From the NCBI GenBank assembly GCA_950097015.1, contig CATNEN010000029.1, forward strand, positions 5,456,001 through 5,520,000: 64,000 nt of DNA, in the 5' to 3' direction. Shown piece by piece: positions 37,258 to 49,643 of this stretch (positions are counted from its first letter, which is position 1; every line of letters starts with the position of its first letter). Source of the stretch: Macrostomum hystrix. Taxonomy: Eukaryota; Animalia; Platyhelminthes. A program made the translations under genes and the position numbers. The notes below the pieces were generated by a model, which searched no databases, was not told the origin of the DNA, and was given only the letters and a program-made list of their open reading frames with translations.

Positions 37258-37279
37258 TTACGTCATGCAAATTACGTCA
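37258..37279. promoter_or_regulatory. Composite motif TTACGTCA-ATGCAAAT-TTACGTCA (two bZIP-type sites overlapping an octamer)
   Basis: The sequence ttacgtcatgcaaattacgtca is seen directly, about 1.4 kb upstream of the first recognised AGBL4 exon. Confidence 0.3.
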
Positions 37280-39984
37280 GTGATTAAACTTTGCAATAAA
37301 AATATTGGCTTCGATTTTTGTGAACGTTTACAAACCTTTTGTTTGTCGACAAGCCTTGCCTAACTTGATACTTTACATAGAGTTAAACGGTGGAACGAGT
37401 ATAAAGACTGCTTTTCTGTGGACTCCTTAATGGGAATTTTAAATACGTAATAGCGCTCATTTTTCCTTTTTTTATCTATGTGAAATCGTATAAGGAACTG
37501 CAGCTGATCGGGTACATCGTGTAGTGTCATGAAGATCGTCTAAAATGGAGGCTAGAGCTAACTCATTTGAACGCGGGTTTAATCTAAAAACAACTGACCA
37601 CGAGTTGTTGATTTATAATTAGTAGGATTTTGAAGTTTTATTTACAATAAAGTGCAATAAAGTGCAATAAAGTGCGATCGGTCTGGATATCTTGGAGTTC
37701 CTAAATTTTACAAGTCTAAATTTTGAGCTGTTTATCTACGCTCGTAGTATATTTTCCGGTACGGCTCTTGCTATTCGAAAACATTAGTCTATCCATAAAT
37801 ATGATTTTTGAGCTGCCTCACCTGCTTGTAAATGTAGTCACCGAATAAGGTGACAATACAATACTCGAGACAATAAGCAATGTCTGTGTATTTCGTGGCA
37901 GTATGTATTTTTCATGTTTCTGGTTGAAAACATGCAGTCACAGAAAAATATTTCCTAATATTTTCATGAAACAATTGAAACTATACTTAATTTCAAGCAT
38001 AATTACAAGCAAAACCGTAAAGTGCTTTCGCATACTAGACGAGTATATTAGACGAAATTAAAATCACGTACACATGAATTATAAACTGTATAAAAACAAT
38101 TTTCACATTTTTTACAATCGATACGCTCACAGGAAAATATCTCGCAATATATTTATTCTGTTTACTCGTATCTACCTCTCGTATATATTTATTTTAGTGC
38201 ACTTTTAAGTTATTCGATTCTTAATTGATGCAGTTTTAGTGTAATAAATCGAATCACAATCAACGTTCACGTCGTTGAGTTTCACTATTTTGAAGCGTAC
38301 AAAGATTAATTAGGGGCAGAGCCAAGACACATCTGGCTAAATATGTGATGAGGATTTTGCTGGTCAGTGCACCCCTGTGCGCATTGCGGTGGCACTGCGA
38401 TGCTGTATATATGCCACATTCTTAATTGACTCAAACAGCAATTAATGCAGGCACTCGCAATGCAACTACAATGCAGCACGGACATTAGTTTGGTGCACTA
38501 TTAAAATCTGGATCAGTGTGAGACAACGTCTAACAGCACACTTACATTCATTATTTCTTGAAAATGATTTACTTCTTTTGCTGAATCAGAGGAACTCTAT
38601 TTAAACTCGATCAGACTAAACTCACCTGTTGGCCTGTCGGGACAATTCTTAGATTTTATATATAGCATTTTATCTGCAGCTAGGGACCGTCTTTTGCGGC
38701 AGAATATGAAACACAGACGATGTTAAGTTCTTTAGTTATTGTATCTTGCCACCTCTCCTCTCTACCGCCTGCAGTTTGGAGGCCTGTAATGCTCTAAATA
38801 ACGCTACAGCAATGCAAGTCTACCTATTGTTATTGCCAGTTGGGGTGGTAGAGGCTCACAGATCTGCAAAAAAGTGACTGATTCCGAGAGAATCGCGTCC
38901 CATAGGGCGGCACGGCTTGTGGTGGCTCTATACTATCTCTCTCTCTCTGTCTGTCTCTATGAATTCTCCGCTCTTTGTGGTACGGGGGTTACTTTAACTT
39001 GAGCGCTATAAGCCCACACAGGCCTGATTCTTGACACTCGCCAGTCGTATATCAAAACCGTATTTGACAAGCGGTGCTCAACCCCGCGCCTCTCTTTCTC
39101 TCCCTATTGACTCCGACCCTGAAGCTATAGCGATATGAGTCAGTGGCAGAACCCGCAATATTGCTGGCCATTTCAGCGGCAGCAGTGGGGAGGGGAAGGT
39201 TAGTAGTCGTGCCGGGGTGGAATAGGGGGTGGGCGGTAGAAGTGGCGGCACAGTTCTCAACTTCAGAAGCCGCCGCCGCGGCCACCGCAACAGCAGCAGC
39301 AGCAGCAGCAGTGGGTGGGAAGAGAATGGATCGGGGGGGGGGGTAAGTGGCAAGCGGCAACTGAAAAAACTTGGGCCGCTAAGAGTAGCTTGCAATATAT
39401 AATATAGTCAGCAATTGTGCAGCCGTACGGTGTGTGAGTGTGCCCTGATTAATTAGCTAATTTGCTGACTCGCTGTTTAAGACCCACAAGTGCCGCCACC
39501 CGATAGGTTGTAGCGAAGCCAGGCAAACGGAGTCAAGAGAGGCATGGGTCCAATGAAATTCTTCAATTTTATTTTCTATGCTATTGTCAGGAGCCTGAGC
39601 TGCTGCTGCTGCTGCTGCTGCTGCCGAAGGAAACACAGGCCAGGCCAGGAAATAGAGATTTATGAGCAGCAACAGCTCAGCTGAGCAAGTGTGCCCCTGT
39701 TTTGGCACCGGTATATGGCTTATAGTTTCACGCAAAAGCTCGCATTCCTTTTTACTTATAGAAACTGGACTTTTATTTTTGTCGAAGTTTACGATGGATT
39801 AAGGAAGATTGCTTTTCTAAGTTTCTAATTTTCAGCTTCTTCGGTGAGACTGCATGCGTCTTCACAACACCTTTCTTAGGCCTTAGGGGTAGGACATCTT
39901 TCTAGATGTCCTACCCCAGCCTCTTTATATGCTCCTACCTCTCAGTTTATCAACCCCGACCTCTGAATCTACCCCCTACTACTA

Positions 39985-40285
39985 CTGTCTACCCTACCTC
40001 TCTGTCTACCCCACCCTCTCTATCTATACCCCATCCCCTCTGTCTACCCCACCCACTCTGTCTACCCCTACCTCTCTGTCTACCCCTACCTCTCTGTCTA
40101 CCCCACCCACTCTGTCTACCCCTACCTCTCTGTCTACCCCTACCTCTCTGTCAACCCCTACCTCTCTGTCAACCCCTACCTCTCTGTCTACCCCTACCTC
40201 TCTGTCTACCCCTACCTCTCTGTCTACCCCTACCTCTCTGTCTACCCCTACCTCTCTGTCTACCCCTACCTCTCTGTCTACCTCT
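39985..40285. repeat. 18-bp pyrimidine-rich array (tacctctctgtctacccc)
   Basis: Tandem units visible. Confidence 0.93.
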
Positions 40286-41204
40286 AGTTCTCCTCTATAG
40301 CTGCTCCATGTTGCACGGAATGCACTACAGTTTCAGCCGAATGTGAAGGCATTGCTTTGGCAAACCAAGCGAATGTCTTATCGTCTGGTAACCAAAGCAA
40401 GGGACTGGAGCGGGATCTTAGATAGAGGTACTGGTGGCTAGTTAGCAGTCTGTTAGTGGGCTGAGACCGATAGCATTACAACAGAGGCCTGCTTCTGATA
40501 GCCAAGCTATTTCGCTCGACGATAAGATATAAAGTGCAATTTTTCAGATTTGCCGGAATAGAGATTTGCAGGCAAAGGATTTTCACGATTTGTTTCTGGC
40601 AACGAAACTCCTCTGCATCCAACATAGGCGCTGGAACAGGAGCAGGATTTACAAAACTAAAACACCAGGAGAATACTAATAATGAGCTTATAGTATTATA
40701 GTATCTTGCTTATTTCCTTACCTTCTCTTTCCATTCCCACCAATTTATTTACTCTTCCTTTCTTTCCGTTTTCGTTTCCTTCCATAGGTTGTCATAGCTA
40801 GTATTACGAGCAAATCGACAACCGTGTGACTGTGACATGACTTGCATCATTCTCACTCGGATTAGTTAACACACCAATGAGCGTATCTATTGCGCAATCT
40901 ATTTAATTATTCAATTCGCCTTTCCATGATTACTCACTATTTCACACACAATATACTAGTGCATAAGGCAATCAAATTGACTCCAATGTAATGTTAAGCC
41001 TTGAAATTAGCGCTATGCTTTGCTTTACTCATGCTTTGGCACGTAAGTAGCGTGACACGAAAATTTGCTAAGAGCTTTAGGAAAACTTTGGGAATTAGCT
41101 TCAAAAAATTAAATGAAATGGAACTAACATGCCGCAAACAGACAGTTCATACTCTCAAAACTGAAAAAATAACTCAATCAGAAGCACTTTAGAACTGTAC
41201 TTAA

Positions 41205-44200
41205 CTTTCTGAAATGATCCCAGTCAGGAATACGTGTCTGAAATGATCCCAGTCTGTAAGGAATACGTGTCTGAAATGATCCCAGTCTGTAAGGAATAAG
41301 TGTCTGAAATGATCCCAGTCTGACAGGAATAAGTGTCTGAAATGATCCCAGTCTGACAGGAATAAGTGTCTGAAATGATCCCAGTCTGTAAGGAATAAGT
41401 GTCTGAAATGATCCCAGTCTGACAGGAATAAGTGTCTGAAATGATCCCAGTCTGACAGGAATAAGTGTCTGAAATGATCCCAGTCTGACAGGAATAAGTG
41501 TCTGAAATGATCCCAGTCTGACAGGAATAAGTGTCTGAAATCATCCCAGTCTGGCAGGAATAAGTGTCTGAAATGATCCCAGTCTGACAGGAATAAGTGT
41601 CTGAAATGATCCCAGTCTGACAGGAATAAGTGTATGCGATGATCAAAACAGGAATAAGTGTCTGAAATGATCCCAGTCTGACAGGAATAAGTGTATGCGA
41701 TGATCAAAACAGGAATAAGTGTCTGAAATGATCCCAGTCTGACAGGAATAAGTGTCTGAAATGATCCCAGTCTGACAGGAATAAGTGTATGCGATGATCA
41801 AAACAGGAATAAGTGTCTGAAATGATCCCAGTCTGACAGGAATAAGTGTATGCGATGATCAAAACAGGAATAAGTGTCTGAAATGATCCCAGTCTGACAG
41901 GAATAAGTGTATGCGATGATCAAAACAGGAATAAGTGTCTGAAATGATCCCAGTCTGACAGGAATAAGTGTCTGAAATGATCCCAGTCTGTAAGGAATAA
42001 GTGTCTGAAATGATCACAAACAGGAATAAGTGTCTGAAATGATCCCAGTCAGGAATACGTGTCTGAAATGATCCCAGTCTGTAAGGAATAAGTGTCTGAA
42101 ATCATCCCAGTCTGGCAGGAATAAGTGTCTGAAATGATCCCAGTCTGTAAGGAATAAGTGTCTGAAATGATCCCAGTCTGTAAGGAATAAGTGTCTGAAA
42201 TCATCCCAGTCTGGCAGGAATAAGTGTCTGAAATCATCCCAGTCTGTAAGGAATAAGTGTCTGAAATGATCCCAGTCTGACAGGAATAAGTGTATGCGAT
42301 GATCAAAACAGGAATAAGTGTCTGAAATGATCCCAGTCTGACAGGAATAAGTGTATGCGATGATCAAAACAGGAATAAGTGTCTGAAATGATCCCAGTCT
42401 GACAGGAATAAGTGTCTGAAATGATCCCAGTCTGTAAGGAATAAGTGTCTGAAATGATCACAAACAGGAATAAGTGTCTGAAATGATCCCAGTCAGGAAT
42501 ACGTGTCTGAAATGATCCCAGTCTGTAAGGAATAAGTGTCTGAAATCATCCCAGTCTGGCAGGAATAAGTGTCTGAAATGATCCCAGTCTGGCAGGAATA
42601 AGTGTCTGAAATGATCCCAGTCTGTAAGGAATAAGTGTCTGAAATCATCCCAGTCTGGCAGGAATAAGTGTCTGAAATGATCCCAGTCTGGCAGGAATAA
42701 GTGTCTGAAATGATCCCAGTCTGTAAGGAATAAGTGTCTGAAATGATCCCAGTCTGACAGGAATAAGTGTCTGAAATGATCCCAGTCTGACAGGAATAAG
42801 TGTCTGAAATGATCCTAGTCTGACAGGAATAAGTGTCTGAAATGATCCCAGTCTGACAGGAATAAGTGTCTGAAATGATCCTAGTCTGACAGGAATAAGT
42901 GTCTGAAATGATCACAAACAGGAATAAGTGTCTGAAATGATCCCAGTCAGGAATACGTGTCTGAAATGATCCCAGTCTGTAAGGAATAAGTGTCTGAAAT
43001 CATCCCAGTCTGGCAGGAATAAGTGTCTGAAATGATCCCAGTCTGGCAGGAATAAGTGTCTGAAATGATCCCAGTCTGTAAGGAATAAGTGTCTGAAATC
43101 ATCCCAGTCTGGCAGGAATAAGTGTCTGAAATGATCCCAGTCTGGCAGGAATAAGTGTCTGAAATGATCCCAGTCTGTAAGGAATAAGTGTCTGAAATGA
43201 TCCCAGTCTGACAGGAATAAGTGTATGCGATGATCAAAACAGGAATAAGTGTCTGAAATGATCCCAGTCTGACAGGAATAAGTGTATGCGATGATCAAAA
43301 CAGGAATAAGTGTCTGAAATGATCCCAGTCTGACAGGAATAAGTGTCTGAAATGATCCCAGTCTGTAAGGAATAAGTGTCTGAAATGATCACAAACAGGA
43401 ATAAGTGTCTGAAATGATCCCAGTCAGGAATACGTGTCTGAAATGATCCCAGTCTGTAAGGAATAAGTGTCTGAAATCATCCCAGTCTGGCAGGAATAAG
43501 TGTCTGAAATGATCCCAGTCTGGCAGGAATAAGTGTCTGAAATGATCCCAGTCTGTAAGGAATAAGTGTCTGAAATCATCCCAGTCTGGCAGGAATAAGT
43601 GTCTGAAATGATCCCAGTCTGGCAGGAATAAGTGTCTGAAATGATCCCAGTCTGTAAGGAATAAGTGTCTGAAATGATCCCAGTCTGACAGGAATAAGTG
43701 TCTGAAATGATCCCAGTCTGACAGGAATAAGTGTCTGAAATGATCCTAGTCTGACAGGAATAAGTGTCTGAAATGATCCCAGTCTGACAGGAATAAGTGT
43801 CTGAAATGATCCTAGTCTGACAGGAATAAGTGTCTGAAATGATCCCAGTCAGGAATAAGTGTCTGAAATGATCCCAGTCTGACAGGAATAAGTGTCTGAA
43901 ATGATCCCAGTCTGTAAAAAATAAGTGTCTGCAATGATCACAAACAGGAATAAGTGTCTGAAATTATCACATTCTGTAAGGAATAAGTGTCTGAAATGAT
44001 CCCAGTCTGACAGGAATAAGTGTCTGAAATGATCCCAGTCTGACAGGAATAAGTGTCTGAAATGATCCCAGTCTGACAGGAATAAGTGTCTGAAATGATC
44101 CCAGTCAGGAATAAGTGTCTGAAATGATCCCAGTCTGTAAGGAATAAGTGTCTGAAATGATCCCAGTCTGTAAGGAATAAGTGTCTGAAATGATGCCAGT

Positions 44201-44910
44201 CAGGAATAAGTGTCTGAAATGATCCCAGTCTGACAGGAATAAGTGTCTGAAATGATCCCAGTCAGGAATAAGTGTCTGAAATGATCCCAGTCAGGAATAA
44301 GTGTCTGAAATGATCCCAGTCTGACAGGAATAAGTGTCTGAAATGATCCCAGTCTGACAGGAATAAGTGTCTACAATGATCACAAACAGGAATAAGTGTC
44401 TGAAATGATCACAAACAGGAATAAGTGTCTGAAATGATCCCAGTCTGACAGGAATAAGTGTCTGAAATGATCCCAGTCTGACAGGAATAAGTGTCTGAAA
44501 TGATCCCAGTCTGACAGGAATAAGTGTCTGAAATGATCCCAGTCTGACAGGAATAAGTGTCTGAAATGATCCCAGTCTGACAGGAATAAGTGTCTGAAAT
44601 GATCCCAGTCTGACAGGAATAAGTGTCTGAAATGATCCCAGTCTGACAGGAATAAGTGTCTACAATGATCACAAACAGGAATAAGTGTCTGAAATGATCA
44701 CAAACAGGAATAAGTGTCTGAAATGATCACAAACAGGAATAAGTGTCTGAAATGATCCCAGTCTGACAGGAATAAGTGTCTGAAATGATCCCAGTCTGAC
44801 AGGAATAAGTGTCTACAATGATCACAAACAGGAATAAGTGTCTGAAATGATCACAAACAGGAATAAGTGTCTGCAATGATCACAGTCTGACAGGAATAAG
44901 GGTCTGAAAT
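41205..44910. repeat. About 3.7 kb array of a 33-bp unit (gtctgaaatgatcccagtctgacaggaataagt) with 28/29-bp variants and higher-order blocks
   Basis: Tandem units; the rare marker aggaatacgt recurs at 42051, 42495, 42949 and 43426. Confidence 0.97.
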
Positions 44911-45183
44911 AATCTCATAATGTAATCTATTTGTCAATCAGTCAATCAATATACGACTGAAGCTGTCTACAATGCGGCCCAGGCCTGTGCAAGCAGTCTT
45001 AACTTTCGTACAAGACCATTGCTGGAACTGTATGCGGGCCGACGTTCACCAAACGTTTAGGAGAGCGCAATGTCTAAAAATAGCAACAGCAGGGAATCCC
45101 CGAGTCTCTCTCACTGACGGCCTGCGGAAACGTATCACCGACGCAGCGGCAACGTAGGAGCTGCGTGGCAGCGCTGGAGGCAG

Positions 45184-45190
45184 TATAAAA
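45184..45190 (+). promoter_or_regulatory. TATA box of the SQSTM1-like gene
   Basis: TATAAAA in a GC-rich context, about 100 nt upstream of the ATG at 45286. Confidence 0.6.
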
Positions 45191-45285
45191 GCAGCAGCTT
45201 CTGGCCAGCAAGGAGCCAAGGAGAATCGTCAAGCATCAGCACCGAGCTTCAACTAAAGAAACTGCTTTGCGAATTCCCGCATACA

Positions 45286-46197
45286 ATGTCTACGTCGCTC
45301 GTGACTCTCAAGTGTTACTATGGCAACGAGATCCGGCGCCTCAGTCTGGCGGGGCAGGCGAACTACCCCAGCCTGGTGGAGCAGCTGCAGGCAGCGTTCT
45401 CCATCGAGCCGACCCAGCAGATTCGGCTGCGCTGGCAGGACGAGGAAGGCGACCGGGTGGCGATGAGCTCGACGGCCGAGCTGCACGAGGCCCTTCGCAG
45501 CGTCGCCGGCAGGCAGGACGGAAGGCCTGGCGACGCTGTGAAAATCTTCGTGAGCGTCGGCGAATCGACGGTCGTTCACGAGGGAGTCAGGTGCGACGGC
45601 TGCGAGTCGGGCGTGACTGGCCACCGCTTCAAGTGCCTCCTGTGCCCCGACTTTGACCTCTGCTCAGCCTGCATGAATGCGGGCAGCCACAGCCAGCATC
45701 CCATGATCCTCATCCGGCGGCCCGACGACTTTCCTGCCGCTCGCTTCTTCCGCCGCGGCGGCCACTGCAGCTTTGGCGGCTTCCGCGGCGGTGGCGGCGG
45801 CTGCCGACGAGCCGGCCCCGGAGGCTGCGGCCCGCGCTTCGGCGACTTCTTCGCCAAGGCTGCCGAGGCCGCCGAAGCCGCCGTCGCTGCCGCAGCGGCC
45901 GACCTCGAAGAAGCCGCCGCGGCCTCCAAGCCGGCGTCAACGCCGCAGCCTCCGCCTGCGGCTGCCCAATCCGCCGAGGAGATGGCGACCGATGAGCGGC
46001 CGGAGGAGGCCGCATCCGCGGCAGCCGGTTGGCATGGCAACAGCCAGGAGGCATCGCTGGACCCGCGCGTGGCCAGGGCTCTGGAGCACATGCGCGCCAT
46101 GGGGTTCAGCGATGACGGAGGCTGGCTGACCCGCCTGCTGCTGGCCAAGGAGGGCGACATCTGCGCCGTGCTAGACGCTCTCCGCCCCGCCAAGTGA
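45286..46197 (+). CDS. SQSTM1: Sequestosome-1/p62 homolog, intronless, 303 aa (PB1-ZZ-UBA)
   Basis: PB1 with the basic Lys (VTLKCYY, EIRRL) and the acidic OPCA motif (WQDEEGDRVAMSS); ZZ zinc finger CDGC...RFKCLLCPDFDLCSAC...HSQH; UBA DPRVARALEHMRAMGFSDDGGWLTRLLLAKEGDICAVLDAL. Confidence 0.95.
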   Translation: MSTSLVTLKCYYGNEIRRLSLAGQANYPSLVEQLQAAFSIEPTQQIRLRWQDEEGDRVAMSSTAELHEALRSVAGRQDGRPGDAVKIFVSVGESTVVHEGVRCDGCESGVTGHRFKCLLCPDFDLCSACMNAGSHSQHPMILIRRPDDFPAARFFRRGGHCSFGGFRGGGGGCRRAGPGGCGPRFGDFFAKAAEAAEAAVAAAAADLEEAAAASKPASTPQPPPAAAQSAEEMATDERPEEAASAAAGWHGNSQEASLDPRVARALEHMRAMGFSDDGGWLTRLLLAKEGDICAVLDALRPAK

Positions 46198-46724
46198 GCT
46201 GGGCGGCGTTCCGCACAACTGCGTAACTACTGTTGAAATGTTTATCCAGTGCGCGCGCGCTCAATACTACTCGCAGTAGTAGCTGACAGTTGCATGCATG
46301 CATTGCTTAGTCACTATTTGTATTCAATAATCTGAGTCAACCATACTAAAAAGTTGACAGTTCAATTTCGCTCCTACTTTGAGTAGAGTATTTCTAACGA
46401 ACCTACTGTTTTTTCGTTAATATTTATCTTAAAAAAGTAAACAAGGTGCGTAGACAAAGAAATCTGAATTGGCTACAGAAATGAGACTTTCCTCTGAAAA
46501 CTAACAGCTTTGTCGTTTGTCGACTCTTTATAAACTCAAAAGAGATATATTTATAGGTGTAAATAAATCGCTTATTGTGCGCGTCCGCGAGCCTTATTGA
46601 CTGTGCGCAGCTCATCACACACAATCCAGCTTGATTGTGTGCAAAACTATGCCATTGGTTGAGGACAATATGAAATTGCATCTTCAAGCGCTTTACTGCA
46701 AAACACTCTCGTCATATCCCACTA

Positions 46725-47100
46725 ATTCACCCACCTTCTCAATAATCTCATGCGCACCGCAATTATCTCATGCCCACCATCTCAATAATCACATGCCCAC
46801 CTTCTCAAAAATCTCATCACGACCTTCTCAATAATCTTATACTATCTTCACAATAATCTCATACCATCTTCTCAATAATCTCATACCATCTTCTCAATAA
46901 TCTCATACCATCTTCTCAATAATCTCATACAATCTTCTTAATAATCTCATACCATCTTCTCAATAATCTCATACAATCTTCTCAATAATCTCATGCCCAC
47001 CTTCTCAAAAATCTCATCACGACCTTCTCAATAATCCTATACTATCTTTACAATAATATCATACCATCTTCTCAATAATCTCATACAATCTTCTCAAAAA
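46725..47100. repeat. Degenerate 22-bp array (tctcaataatctcataccatct)
   Basis: Tandem units between the convergent p62 and WIP 3' ends. Confidence 0.88.
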
Positions 47101-47559
47101 TGTCTTGTGATCTACCCATCACTATTAATCGCGCGATAAATGGTAACAACACCAAGGTGTACAGATTAGATACAATGGGCAGCGGTCTGATAATGTTGTG
47201 ATGCAGAAATACAATATATACAGGTGATTTCACACACCAAATAATCTTGAGAATAACAGCGGGACCACTTCAGAGCGAATTGTATTGGCGTTATCATTGC
47301 GCTCATTTGAGAACAAAAGAGAATATAAATAATAGTGTCCATATTGGAATGCTGCAGTTGATGATGTCTTACGGGCTTATTCAATCACCTATCGAAAACA
47401 TTAACAGTGAGAGAAAAGCGTAGACCTATTTCAACGCTGTTGTCATGTTTGGAAAATAGCAGCTTGGAAAACTCGAGACCAACTAGCAAAACCGCCTGCT
47501 AATATTTCACTGAAATTATTCATTCCAATCAGCCATGTTGGATTGGATTGGATTGGAGG

Positions 47560-47705
47560 CAGATTCAAGGCAGATTGGATAGGTATCAAGGCAGATTGGA
47601 TAGGTATCAAGGCAGATTGGATAGGTATCAAGGCAGATTGGATAGGTATCAAGGCAGATTGGATAGGTATCAAGGCAGATTGGATAGGTATCAAGGGAGA
47701 TTAGA
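47560..47705. repeat. 21-bp array (gattggataggtatcaaggca), about 6-7 copies
   Basis: Tandem units visible. Confidence 0.92.
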
Positions 47706-48312
47706 TAAAAAATTAAATTGGTATTAAGGGAGAGAAATTAGATAGGGAGACAGGGAGACCAGTGTGGAAGAAAGTGGGACTGGTAAGACAAAAGACAAAG
47801 GTGAACACACTATGGACAAATGGCAGAAAGATGGGGTTAAAGCAAAGTATGCAAACAAGAAGATCCAACTAATCACAGACTCGTGGAAAATAGCAAAATA
47901 AAAATTCAATCCTAAAGAAGAGAGATGAGAGACGAGCGAAATGACTTCAAGGCATGTATGCAAGTGTACACAACATACCTGACAAGGCATTGCTTACGTG
48001 CAATTCTTTCTCAATACAATTTGAATTACACTTTCGCATGGTCCGGCACGGGACAAAAGCGAGATACTTTGGGAAGACCAATATGCTGGGGAAAATGAGT
48101 CTTATAAAGAAGAAAAATTCATTCGCCAGCACTACATGGTAAGACAGCTTGCCCATAACATGCTCGTTTCTAATTAGTAAATCGCAGACACGCACACTAG
48201 CGACTTAGATTTATAGAAGAAATAAAAGAAAGCATTCAATGACAAAAGTCAATTGGGGCGTCTTAGAAAGATATATCATTGGACAAAGAACAACCAAGGG
48301 ACTCGTGGCCCC

Positions 48313-49239
48313 TTATCTGGACTGGCTAGCTTTGTACTTTTCCACACCGGTGAATCGTTTAGGCGCCGGCATGGAGCTGACAGGTCTGAACTGGAATCTC
48401 TGCTGAAAAGACGAGCCGCTGCTGACGATAGACCTGCCAGAAGGCCTAGGTGGAGGCGGCGCCGGCGCGGTGGACGATCGGCCGATTGGCGCGCGCGACG
48501 GAGGCGGCGGAGGCGGCTGACGACCTGCGAAAGTAGAAGGCGGCAGCAGCGGCGGAGGCGGGTGCAACTGTCCGCTAGAGCTGACTGGTCGACTGCGGGC
48601 TGGCACAGCCGGAGGCTCCTGCGTCAATCGTCGACTAGAATGATCCGGGGGAAGCGGCGGCGGGCCAGACGGCTGCCGCATCAGAACTGGCTTAGAGCTC
48701 TGCGGCGGCGGCGTTGGCGGTATCCGGGGTGGAGGCACCGCCAGTGCAGAACGCGGCGATTTCTGTGCGGCGCCCCGATCCATCGGCCGCATCGGCGCCT
48801 GCTGCCTCTGGATGGGCGGCGGCGGCGGCGGCATCTTCATCGATGGCGGTCGGCTGTTGACACCGTTCTGTGACGGCGCTGTGACAGAGCTGACGCCGCC
48901 GTTAGACGCTCGCTTGGCGAACTTGTTAGCCAGCTCCTGCTGGAAATTGCCGATCGGAGCCCCGACGGCGGCGGACGGTGACGAACTGGAACTCTCTGAA
49001 GACATCGTCGACATCCGATGAGAGGAGACGGAGTTGGGCCTTGTCGCATTGCTGCCATTGCGGCCGCCCAGTTGAGCTTCGCTTCTGTCGCGCTTCTGAT
49101 TATCTGGCACTTTGCGCAACCTGGCGCCGCCCCGGATTTCGCCTAAAAGTGCATTCTTGCTAGGCGGACCAGCCGCTGAGGATGGCGGAGGAGGCGGCGG
49201 TGGCGGAGGTGGTGGTGGTGGCGGCGCCGGCAGTGGCAT
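48313..49239 (-). CDS. WIPF1: WASP-interacting protein (WIP/verprolin family), 308 aa, single coding exon
   Basis: N-terminal polyproline, a WH2 motif (KNALLGEIRGGARLRKV...DRS), a Pro-rich middle and a C-terminal WASP-binding motif (SFQQRFQFRPVSSMPAP..F). A CATCAG acceptor lies immediately before the ATG. The WIPF paralog number cannot be assigned. Confidence 0.88.
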   Translation of the reverse strand: MPLPAPPPPPPPPPPPPPPSSAAGPPSKNALLGEIRGGARLRKVPDNQKRDRSEAQLGGRNGSNATRPNSVSSHRMSTMSSESSSSSPSAAVGAPIGNFQQELANKFAKRASNGGVSSVTAPSQNGVNSRPPSMKMPPPPPPIQRQQAPMRPMDRGAAQKSPRSALAVPPPRIPPTPPPQSSKPVLMRQPSGPPPLPPDHSSRRLTQEPPAVPARSRPVSSSGQLHPPPPLLPPSTFAGRQPPPPPPSRAPIGRSSTAPAPPPPRPSGRSIVSSGSSFQQRFQFRPVSSMPAPKRFTGVEKYKASQSR

Positions 49240-49643
49240 CTGATGGATAGAGAAAGTTAGATCAGATTTAAATTAGGAGTTGATCTAAAAAATCCAAGCA
49301 ACAAAAGTACATGAAAAATACCTCCAGGGCCTTAAACATTTACTTTACTAACAAACAATAAACATATTAAATTCTTATTATTATTGTTGTAAGTTGTAAT
49401 AAAAACATTTTGTTTTCATTTTGTTACATTTTCTTTGCTAAGTAATTTATATTTACACTTGGTACACTCATGGTAGTATAATTTATAATTTAGTATTTTT
49501 ATTCTTATGTATTACCAATTGTAAATTTGTTATAACTGATGAGTGGAAGTTAAAAATAAAGAGATGCTGGTAACAACCAGTTAAACATCAGCAGATTAGG
49601 CCTGGACCCTGAAATAATGCTTATTTACTTCTTTAGGTACTAA

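Noticed and set aside
20618-44910. CRISPR-like appearance of the regularly spaced 29-33 bp repeats
   Set aside because: The units are head-to-tail with no unique spacers, there are no cas genes, and the context is eukaryotic and intron-containing.
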